Shown: positions 27,301-39,300 of the stretch, one piece after another | Position numbering within the stretch: the first letter of the stretch is position 1 | Layout: each line of letters opens with the position of its first letter | Assembly: GCF_036971445.1 (NCBI RefSeq) | Contig: NC_091481.1 | Location: 13,950,001-14,014,000, forward strand | DNA: 64,000 nt | Origin: Narcine bancroftii | Taxonomy: Eukaryota | Reading direction: 5' to 3' | The notes under the pieces: generated by a model | The model's database searches: none | What the model saw: only the letters and a program-made list of their open reading frames with translations | Told to the model about the DNA's origin: nothing | Made by a program: the position numbers and the translations under genes

Positions 27301-30300
27301 ACGTCTCCAGAATGGAGGACCATCGCCTTCCCAAGATCGTGTTATATGGCGAGCTCTCCACTGGCCACCGTGACAGAGGTGCACCAAAGAAAAGGTACAA
27401 GGACTGCCTAAAGAAATCTCTTGGTGCCTGCCACATTGACCACTGCCAGTGGGCTGATATCGCCTCAAACCGTGCATCTTGGCGCCTCACAGTTTGGCGG
27501 GCAGCAACCTCCTTTGAAGAAGACCGCAGAGCCCACCTCACTGACAAAAGGCAAAGGAGGAAAAACCCAACACCCAACCCCAACCAACCAATTTTCCCCT
27601 GCAACCACTGCAACCGTGTCTGCCTGTCCCGCATCGGACTTGTCAGCCACAAACGAGCCTGCAGCTGACGTGGACATTTACCCCCTCCATAAATCTTCGT
27701 CCGCGAAGCCAAGCCAAAGAAAAGACATGACAATACATAAACATTGTGGTAACTGTCTTTTTCCACCGTGGATGCACCCCAATGCTTTCTGCAAATTGCG
27801 GTACACAGTTTAAATGGGTCACCCTCTGTGTGTTCTGCTGTTTACATTTAAAAAGTTATTACCCTAGGAGTAATAGTGACTTGGGAGTAGATTTAAGGGA
27901 ATATTAAGGGAGTAAAGAAGATTTAGGAGGTGTTTGGGGGAGTTGGGAGATTAGAGAATCCTAATTGACAGTAACCTGAGAATCATTGGTTGTTAAAGAG
28001 ATTCAGCTGTATTATGTTATGAAGGGGGAGATGAGGGAATGCAGACAGGAATGCTCTGTGGTGTCACGCCTGCACAAACTTACTCTTCAAATACATTTAC
28101 ATTCTTTATAGAGGTGGAATCTCACTCTGCAAAATTAATTCTCCTCATGCACACACTCACGGTGTTCCTGTTCCAGACAATTTGGCTGCGAGCTGAGACT
28201 TTTTAAATTTCAATGTGGTGTTTAATATTATCTAGCACTTGGATTGAGATGGGATAGAGAAAAAAGGAAAGGCTGTTTCATAGTCCATCCTGAAAATTTT
28301 CCTGCCCCCCTCCCCCAAGATTGAAGATAAATAACTCCTTGATGGTAGTGCAATTTGTCTTTCTCAATTCCCATCATTTTCAAATCCTCTGCATTTTTAC
28401 CTCTCCATTTTTCTGTGCTCCCTCCAGATTCACAATCTTCTGACAATTGTACACCTTCAATTCTAGCTTCTACATCTTCTCTTTCCCTTGTTATATCGGA
28501 TCTTCAGGTAACTAGAGCGTCATCTGGAAACCTCCACATTGCAAGATATGCCACTTCCTTTAAGATACTGGGGTGCTGTCGGGTAATATGTCTCTTTTTT
28601 CAAGCTTTTCATCACCTTTCCTTGTATCACCCTTTGTAACTCAGGGTCACATATTATGTTATGCTTCCATGGAGAATCTTGAGAAATTTTAGAAGGTTAA
28701 AGTTTGGATTTCCTTTTGCATTCTTGTCAACCCTTTACGAGTCCAGCTTTTAAATGTGAACTCAAAACACATAAGAATTGCTCCAAGCTGGTGAAATTCA
28801 ACTGTCCCAAAGGGTGTATTGAACTATAACAATAATGTACTTACTGCATCAAGGAATAAAAATATTGAAGAAATTAATAATCAAGTTATTCATTATCCAA
28901 AATCTTAAGGAACATAGTGTAATCATCTGCTGTTTGTATTAGCAGTGTTTACATAACATTATACAATAAAACCCTTGGTATCTGGTACCTATGGAGATTG
29001 GTATGTATTTTCCGGTTGCTTGAGACTTTTATTAATGTAATCGCATTAAGAATTAACACTTTAAAAGACAAAAATACTACACTGTACTTACACTGAACAA
29101 ACTTCACTTGCATGAATATAAAAACCTTAAATCATTTTAAGAACATAAGAAATAGGAGCAAGAGTAGGTCTCTTTATCATTTTCTTTATTTTAAGTCTCC
29201 TTTGAAAACATTTAACCATCGCTGCATCTGCAGGTTCCTCCACCTCCACAGAGCCGCCTGAAAGACAAACAATAACATTATAGATAATTAATCCTTCCCC
29301 ACGCCCCCCCCCCCCTCCCAAGTTTACAGAGAAAGTCTCTGATCATGGTGACTCTTACTTAGCCAGGATAAAGAGACACTTTAAAAGAGTCACCTGATCG
29401 GCGAGTGGCACCACCTGCTCTTCTCCCTGGGCCACACCATTGCTTTTTACACAACTTTATTGCTGCTACGAGCAAGGCATGACTGTATGTTTGCTGCTGT
29501 ATGTTTGTTCCCATCTTCACCAAAAGTTTATACGTTACTTCAGAGAACATTTACAATTTTAGACTTTTTTTTACCCTTTATTATATTATTATTTATTTTG
29601 ATTTTTAACATTTATTTTCTTCTTTGCCAGTTGCTTGGGCCTTTCAGTTGCTTGAATCTCGGATACCAGGGGTTTTTACTGTATAAGGAGCCCCACCAAC
29701 TTGCTCCTATCATTGTTGCTGGTGGGTGCTTCTCTTTCTTTCAGTGAACAACTGGAGGGAGCTATCTTCAGGGTCCCTGGGACTGCTGAACGAATGCGGA
29801 TCCACAGATTCTTGTCATTTAGGACTTTTTTAATTAGATCCAGACAGAAAGTCACCCGATCTGGTTGGCATCTGACCAAGACTAGACCTGTTCTGTTTTA
29901 TGTCCTTACCAAAGTAAAGGTACAACCATGCAAAAGGTCACGCAGGAAAAATACCCAAAAATTGTGTTAGCCCAAGTGAAGGTGAAGCTGATTGCTCTTG
30001 AAATGTATTTGCCTACCAGCATAAAACTTGAATAACAACAATTTTATGAAATCCGATATTTTGAGTTCTTAACTTACAGTTGGATTTATATTATTTTAGC
30101 GTGAGAGGTGCATGACGGAGCAGTCAGAAGCTCCCCTGTTAGTTCAGTAAGATTCCAGGTTAATTTGTAGTTCTCTGGTGGTGTGAAGTAAGATGAGAAA
30201 ATGTGCAATTATCCTCCCGCAACAAATTGTTATCCATTATAATAGCACTGCTTCTCCCCCACTTCACTTTCCCCAACAATCACGAAGGTTGAAGACCTGA

Positions 30301-33300
30301 AACATTGATTGTTACTCTTTCCATGGATGCTACCCGACCTGCTGAGTGTTTGCAACACTTTCTGTTGCTATTTCAGATTTCTGCCATCAACAGTTCAATT
30401 TTCATTTCTTGTGTTTTAAATATATTTAAATTTCTTTTATAAACTTTAATCAATTCAGGGTTTGAAATTCCACTTACTCCACTAATAACATTTTATGTTA
30501 TAAAGTTTTAAATAAGATACACTTATAAGTGCATGTATCAAGAAGAGCTTTGAAAATTAACCATTGAACTTTACCATGCCTAATTTTTTAAATCAAGCAC
30601 ATTAAAGTACGTCACACTGCCATACATGTCAACCCCTGTCCTCTTTTTCTTAAGCCTCTTCAAAAGAGCCCTGGAACTGGACCTTCATTAGATTTTACAA
30701 AATATTGTTCCTAAAGTAGTAGTTACCTTTTTTTTCTGTGATATTTCAGTTCAGAGCATTTATTTATTTTTGTCTTGTAGTGATTGACCTCCTGGAAGCC
30801 CTCAACATCACAAGATCTGTAAGGGGAGTGAGCAAAAGCAAAGGGTTTGATCCAGGTGTCCTGGCTTGGAAATTTCGTAAGCGTGTGCCACATCTCACCC
30901 TGCCGCGGGACTATGCCATCTACTTCCTCACTTCCATGCAGGGCTCCATCGGCTTTCACTTTGTGGCAAAACAGAGCAGGAACTCCGAGGGAGCAATCAT
31001 CTCCTTCGCCTCTCCCACCATTACCAAAAAGGATGGGCATCCACTTTTACAGCTCACATCCAGCACCAGAAGCAACCAGCTCTGGCTGGATTACCGGACT
31101 GTGCACAACATGGAGCCAGCATCCATTGTCTTTCCAGGAGGAACTCCCTTTGGCAACGGGCAGTGGGGCAGGGTGGCCTTCAACTTGGAGTCTCAGAGAA
31201 TAACACTTCTCATCGACTGTGAAGAAGACATTGTTTTTGAGAAGAACATGGGCGATGATGCCATCAGTCTGATTCTTCCCATTGATTTGGAGATTCACTT
31301 CTCCAGCACTGAAGGAGGAGGCAGCAAGTTCACGGTAAAATGGTGGCTCTAAGCCCTCTCTCATCTTCCTCAACAAAGTGCTGCTCCCCTGTTTGGTTAG
31401 CAGTTGATTAAAAAAAAAAGGCCATCAAGTTCACCTTCTCAATCTTCATAATAATAGAGAAATCCATATCTATCAGTCCTGCTGCAGTCCCAGACATAGA
31501 AGAGCAAACCCCAGCGGAGGGAATTTTAGGAGCCATGATTCCAAAACCACCTGTTCATTTTGACCACACTTGTCTAGCCACACAAATGGATTCCACAGTT
31601 CTGTGAAATCTGTCCAGTCAATATCCTCAAGAAGGCCCATTGTCCTTTACTCCAGTGTGATCTCTTGAACAGATCACATTTTTATTTATTTCTGCACATT
31701 GGTTGCCTTCCTGAATGGTCCTTTTGTAGTGCTTCCACAGGCATCCCAAGCATTAAGGATGCTACACGCTATCATCCTCAGGTTTATGATACACAAGGCT
31801 TGCCCGCCAATCCTTAATAACTTCACCAATAAGATTGCAACAGAGGGGACAACTCATGCTTTCGGAAGAGATGCAATCTGTAAACTATTCTCTCTGCCCC
31901 ATCTGAAAGTATTGGATCACTCTCCCATCTCCTTTGAGATGCTGACATTCTTCCCCTACTTTCAAGATACTAATCCTTACCTTCTCCCCTGAAGATAGAA
32001 GCAACTTTCATCCTTCCTCTGAAGGCAGGGACACCCTTTCTGTCCCACCTTTGAAGGCATTAGCCAATTGAAGACACTAATTCACACCCCAACCTTCCCC
32101 AAAACATACATCTAATCACTCTGATGTCATTCTACCCCTCCTTTGAAGCCCCAGACTTATTCAACCTTTAGATATCTGTATCAGGAAAGAACTTAAAAAT
32201 ATAAAGAGAAGGAAACCTTTACAACCAGTGGTAGAGTCTAGGATGTTAGGACTTATCATGAGAAGCCTGCTCCAAGTAACCAAACTGGTTGTCTCTTGGG
32301 CAGAGATTCTCTCTGATTTTCAATTGGCTCTTTTTTACTTTTGGTTTGCTGTCTCTTGATTTTGGATAACTGTCAGACTGAGAGTCAATCCTCTTTGGGC
32401 TTGCTCTCAGCTGAAACTGGGATATCTTTCAAACTGCGGCTCTCTGTCCACTACAGGGATACTGGCAGACAGCGGAGATCTCTCCAAGTGGATTCACTCA
32501 TCGTCCTTGGCACTGCGACAATCTGCCAGGTGAGAAGGGGACAGAGCTGACCTGAAATTCTGGGGTATGGGGGAAGGAGGGACACATGGGGAAGGAGGGG
32601 CACACATACAGAGAGAGGGAATGATTTGGGAGGACAGTGAGAGGGTAGGTGAGGCTGTAGATGGGATTGGGTGAGGAAAGGGAGTAGGTATAAAGAATGG
32701 GGTGTGTGTAGAGCAGGGGGAGGGCATGAGAATGAATGTACATGGGGATTGTTCAAGGCTGAGAATCCTGGGAGAGTAGATAAGGAGGGGGAATGAACCT
32801 GGGGTAGTGTGCATGGAGGGCCAGTGTGCGAGGTGGGGTAGTATGTGAGGAAGGCAGGATAATATGTAAGAGGTGTTTTGCCTTCTCCGCAACTCACAGG
32901 CTTAATTTGAAAAAAACAGCTCACAGAGCTTTCAGTGACATTGTGGCCCCAGGGGCATTGATCCTTGGAAGATATGACTCAAGTCCTACATGCTAATGCC
33001 TTCTCCCACTGCAGCTCCCACTGGAAATGTGGCCCTGGTGGGAGGAAAGCTGGAGTCTCCAACATGTTTATATTGGAATTGCACATCAAAGCTATTCCCA
33101 GACCTAAACCTCCCTTAATTGGGTCCCATTAAATGTTTCCAGGGCAAATCAAGGACAGTGATCTGCTCTGCAGCCCGAGCCACTATTCCAATCTGATCTG
33201 GAGAGTGGATAATCTTGGGGCTAATGATGCCTCCTTCCTGATCCCTGCCTGGGATTTTCTCTGGGAATGACTAGCTGGTCTATGCTGAGCTTGATGACCA

Positions 33301-36300
33301 TTTTGTAACAGCAAAGTCTTGTATCTGTTGATCACAATAGAGAGTTAGAGAATATCTAGCATAGATCTCAGATTTATTGACAGAGTACATCACATACAAC
33401 CCTGAGATTCTTTTTTCCTGTAGGTGAGGCAGAATTATCTGATGCAGGCCCTTCAGCCCATCACGCCTGTGCTGATCACCATGCATTGGACCTACCCTAA
33501 CCGATTTCCTTCCTCCTGACATTCTCATCATTTCCCCCAAATTCCTCAATCACGTGCATGGCCAATTACAGTGACCAACAAACCTACCAACCCCAAAGTT
33601 TTTTGGGAGGTGGGAGGAAACCCATGCCACGCGAGCTCCAAATAGATGGCACTGGGGAGGGCAGGTTCGAACTTGGGTCACTGGCGCTGCCATGAAACTG
33701 CCCCAGGGAATAAGTATGCAGCCCTGGCTGTGGTCTGTATGTAACAAATGTGTAGATCGCTCCCAACAAGTACAACGAATGTAATTTTCAATACTCAGCA
33801 TCCCCAAGAAAAGTGCAGGGACTGACTTTGACCATTGTACTGAAATTTTGTCCAACCAATTGTGAGGGATTACAGAGAATCCTTCTCAAACTTGGTTGCT
33901 CTCAGAACTTCTGCTACGTGATGATGTGTGAGGCATGATTCTGACCAACGGTCCAACATCTCAGTGCAGACTCAGGTCAAACAAGGCAGTCATTACTCCA
34001 ATCCTCCTCCAGTTTTATGACTGCAATGTTGTAGCTCCCCTCTTGCTGGAGTGGAGTTCTTGTGCAAACCACAATGACCTCTGCTTCAGGTCTGAAGTCA
34101 TCCCTAACTTCATCTGTGGCAAATAATAATGTATTGGTGCTCATTTGGAGGCCAAGCTCCAAGTCATCATCATCCCATTCAATGAAGCATGCAAGAGGCT
34201 GCACTTTACACTTAACATCTAGAAAGTTCTCCCCTTGCAAGATCCTGCTGCACAACACTGCCCTTTGTCAATAAGTATCCATGACAAGACGCTGGAAAAT
34301 ATGAACCACTGCTTGTATCAGTGGAGGCCGGCATCCATGATGAAATTTACTGCTGATTCAATGTGATCTTGGCCAATTGAGGACTCGTGGTTTGCCGGGG
34401 AGTTGTGATACTTGCCAACCTGTACACATCTGGGGGCATTGACCAATGACACTATTATCTCCAACACTCAATCTTCAAATCAGAGCAGGATTTGTGAACA
34501 TCCTCTGAGGTTCAGTTACGCAGCCAGCTGAACCACATTGATTCAAGATTCACTTATCATCATTTAATAGTACAGAACATGTAGTGTTAGACAAAATGGC
34601 CTTCTGCCATTAGTGCCCCTTTCAATCAGAGAGGAAGAGAAGCACAAATGAATCCCTTCAGAAACATTGAATGTTCATGGATTCGCCTCCAGCGCTCCTG
34701 CAGCCTCTCCAGCTGCACAGACCTGCTCAATCCATAGGCAACTTGAGCTTCGGATCCAAATCTCCAACATGATCTAGAAGCCTTCAGCACCCAAGGCCCT
34801 TCAGGAGCCCTTCACGCCCTCAGCACCCTCTTGAATCCCGGTACCATGAGACAGTCTCCAGCAGCGTGCCACCTGTGTGAGCCTTTCAGCTGCTGAGCCG
34901 GTCTGCGGCTGTGGTCACTGTCCTTTATGGTAATCTTCTCTGCCTTTCTTTCACAACAGGGGAGTTCTCCCCATTTCTGGTGCCCTGCGCCAGTTCGCTG
35001 TTCTCCTGGAGTCTCCAACCTCCTCATGGCCACTGCCCAGTACAGGTGTCGCCATGATCAACATGGACTTCAATAGTTTCAGGACTTGACTTACAAACAC
35101 TATTGGCTCATTTAACAGACCATTTAAAGCCTGAATGGAGCTGCTGGCATTAGGAGTGGGCAGTTGAACCCTTCAAAGCAATGCTGGGTCTCCGGTCACC
35201 CAAGCCAAATGTCCAACATCCAAAAAAAGTTGTTTAAGAGATTATCAGGGCAACAAAATAAATACTTTTTAAAAATAATTATGAATCATATTAACCAAAA
35301 TATGTACAAACGTTTCTCATTAAATTTACACAGTGGTCTTTTCTCCCCTTTCCCTCCCTCCCCTCTACCCACCCCGCTCCAAAACCCATAAATATTCAAC
35401 ATATACAATACAATAAAACCATAAAACAATATCTTCACACAAAAGAAAATAAACAAGAAAAATGCGTCATCTATTTATTACACACTGAATCTAGTCATTA
35501 ATGGGGTCTTAAAGTCCCCTTAGGGAAAATAGGTAACAATCCTGATGAGTTGTGAACATTTCTGACCCTGTTCCACTATTATGATGTTGATCTGTAAGGG
35601 CACAGAGAAACTTCAATCTCTTTATTGAGAGCACACAGTGTCCATTGGAAAGAAGAAACCATTACCAACACCTCCTGTACTACCCACCAGCCATGTTATC
35701 ACTTCAGCCCCCTTTGAGACAGAGCCTGTGCATCCCAGATTGGCCTCAACAGCTACCCTGAAGCACATAGGACTGGAAACCATCATGCTTGATCCCAAAG
35801 ATCTGCCTGAAGGAAAGAATATTGTGCAATACAAAGTGCTGGAGAAACTCAGCAGGTCCCACAGTCTCTACAGGAAGTAATGAGTAACCAACATAATCTG
35901 TTTAGGTTAGTAAGGAATACAGGTTAGCAAGCCTTGTGGGCCACTGTTTAAACATTGTAAGCAACAGTGATACTTAGTGATGGAAGTGATCACATAATAC
36001 ACAGCCAGCATGCTATACCAGGATGTTTTTACAACTGCTGTTCTAAGTATTGCCATGCAATTACAATGAACTGCCTACATTTACACAGTGCATGATCCTT
36101 GCCCTTACTGAAGAACAACTGTTCATTTACCATTATCCAAGATGAAAAGTGGCTCCAAGTAGTTAACATGCCAAGTAATTTAATGGAAGGCTGCAGGAAG
36201 AAGGTGGGTGAGTAGGACCAGCTGAATAGAGCCATCCTGGTCTCCAAGGGCTGAATGGCCACTCCATTCTAAAACATTTCTGTGATCTGAAATATTGTGA

Positions 36301-39300
36301 ATCCCTCAATGAAAGTTCTGTGTGACCTTTACCATTTCATTTTTATTTCTGCAGAAATTTAGGGATTTGCCCTTATGCCAATTAAATAGATATTAAAATT
36401 GCTCTTTGAATGAAAGACTCCAGCCATTCTGTGAATCACTATTGCCTTTTTAAGCATTGCTTTCTATGAGAGCACAGTGAATGACCCCGAACCTGATTAA
36501 ACAGTCTCTCTGTACAATTAGTAAGAGATCTCTTACCATTTACAAAGATGATTGTGGTTTTTACTGTTGAATTTGTGGCTTTGATGACTGGATTTCTATA
36601 AATATTTAAGATAATTTGGCCTGTCTTTTTCAGATTCCTTACCTTTGCCCTACTCATTGGCTGAGGAGCGTTACGCTGATTCAGATGAGGTATTTCAGTT
36701 CAATGAGGATGTCTCTGCTCATTTGATGTCCTTGTCCAACATCAGCCAGGATCGTCAGCAGCAAAATGATGCTGAAGCTCTACTTTTGACCCAGGATCTG
36801 AAACCCAGAAGCCAAGAGGACCGATTAAATAGGTTGGAGGAGATGGTGACCTCACTCAGCACAATGCTGGACATGGTCAAAGCTCGGGTAGGTGAAAGCT
36901 AGGTTCAAAGGCACGAATGGCCAACAATACAATAGTTTACACAGGCGCTGACTCACTGGCCAGAGTCACACAGGTGCTGACTCACTGGCTGGAGTTTACA
37001 CAGGCACTGACTCACAGGCCGGAGTTTACACAGGCACTGACTCACTGGCCGGAGTTTACACAGGCACTGACTCACAGGTTGGAGTTTACACAGACGCTGA
37101 CTCACAGGCCGGAGTTTACACAGGCGCTGACTCACTGGCTGGAGTTTACACAGGCGCTGACTCGCTGGCCGTAGTTTACACAGGCACTGACTCACAGGCC
37201 AGAATTTACACAGGCGCTGACTCACTGGCGAGAGTTTACACAGGCGCTGACTCACTGGCGAGAGTTTACACAGGCGCTGACTCAATGGCGGGAGTTTACA
37301 CAGGCGCTGACTCACTGGAAGAGTGTTAGTAACACCCATCAGGATGCGGTTCGTTTAATACTGACACAGACTGGTTGGGCAAACAACTGTTGAATTTATG
37401 CTTTGGAAGCAGATGTCAGGCTCCTGGGCAATGGGTTGAAGTAAGGAAGTTATGATTATTACGATTGAAAACAATGTAAAATGGGCCACAATTCTGCCTT
37501 TTGGATACAGGGCCTGGAGTGAGTAATGAGTGTGGATGATAAAGAGTTCTGAATTCTCCAATTTTTCCTTGTGGACCTACTCTCCTTCTGTGAACCTTGT
37601 TCCAGGTGCTGAGCTTGGGTTAAACATAGTTAGGAAATGAGACCCTCTCCCCAGCTGTGCAATTTGGGGAAGGTTTTTTGATCTTGGCTCCAGGAAAGGA
37701 CCTCCTTCTCTCTATCTGCGACCCCAAGTGAAAGGCTATTCAAGAAGCAATGCATCTAGCCTGTGACCTCACAGAAAAGCCAAGCTGTATCAAATGGCCC
37801 CACTATCTTCCAGCCACGGCCCCAATAAGAAGCTTCCCTTTCCAGGACTGCTGTTACCATTGCGTTTGTGATGCCTTGCTTTCTGTCCTCGTTTAGAATT
37901 CAGAGCTTCTGCAGCGGATTGAGCACCTCGAGACATGCGAATGCAGGAAATCCGTATGCTTGTGGCAGGGAAAGGAATACGAGGAGGGCCAATCCTGGGT
38001 CCTGGACCCCTGCAACACCTGTGCCTGCAACAAGGGAGAAATACAGTGCTCAAACCAGGAAGATAACCCCTTGTGTCTCAGTAAGTAGTGTACTGTGGAT
38101 CGAGAAGGGAAGAGTTGCTTTGAACTCAGTCTACATGACATTTTATGGATAATATTCGCATCAAGATTATAGTATTACATAGAATACACAACAGAAATGG
38201 GCCATATAGTCCAACCATGTCATTCTAGTGTTTTGACCAAGTTCTATCAGCATTTTTGGCTGGCTCGCCAAATGTGGATGGTCGCTTTTCAACCACCTTG
38301 GTCCAGGTCCTGAGTGGTGCTCAATTCTTCAGTAAATGTATCATAAAGAATGGAGGACTCAGGTACTTAGTTTCCCCAGTACTCCTTTATTACATACAAG
38401 CTTGGTGGGAAGTTCATCACCACCTTACCCACTCCACCATCAACCCCGAAGGGGATCCAGGAACTCTCCAAACACACAATTACATCGTTTTGTATAACCC
38501 GCTGCAATTGGACTTGACCAATCCAAGAAACAATCTTCTCCCATGTGACAAGCATTACCCTATCATTATTAAGCTACACACTATTCATCTGCAAATTGCA
38601 TCATTTAGGTGGCACGGTTGGTAGAGTGGTTAGTGCAACGCCCTTGCAGTGCCAGTGATTGGAACCTGGCTTCGAATCCTATGCTGTCTGTATTGGGTTT
38701 ATACATTCTCACTGCCCACATGCGTTTTCCCTGTGGGCTCCAGTTTCCTCCCACCATTTGAAAAGTATCAGGGGTATAGGTTAATTGGGTGTAAATTGGG
38801 CGGCACAGACCAGTGGGCCAAAATGGCCTGATACCATGCTGTATGTGATTTGATTTTTAAAAATTAAAATTTTGAGAAACAATCATGTAATCAGGTTCCC
38901 CTTTCCTCAGCCATTGTTCTCGCACGCCAACTGAATGGGGAAACTCCAGGCTGGTGGAAACCTACAAGCTGGGCAGGGGTAGCCCACCAACAAATGACAA
39001 AACCATTATCGCATCAATCAATACTACATTTCTTGATTACATTACTTTGTTCAGGCTCTTACCTCTCTGTTCTTTATTTCCTCCTCCTTTGAATGGTTCT
39101 CTGGTCATAAAAAAAATCATCTCCTCTGTTTGCTCAAGAACTTCTGTATCTGCGAGTTCACATTTTCTTCACCCTCTGGTAAAGATGTTCTGTCTGAATG
39201 TTATATTTAATGTTAGATGACCATTCATTGTTGATGACCATTTGTATTGCTCATCCACACAAGGAGAACTATTCTAAATCTTTTCTGTTGTACTGTTTCA

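Noticed and set aside
36917-37339. Repetitive ORFs ([10 protein letters not shown]; SQRLCKL) and a CRISPR-like look
   Set aside because: These are translations of a 30-bp minisatellite. There are no unique spacers and the context is eukaryotic.
30781-38080. NELL1/NELL2 as the gene identity
   Set aside because: TSPN, coiled coil and VWC are shared with NELL, but the sequence and the downstream VWC series fit kielin as recalled, and no NELL-type EGF array is present.
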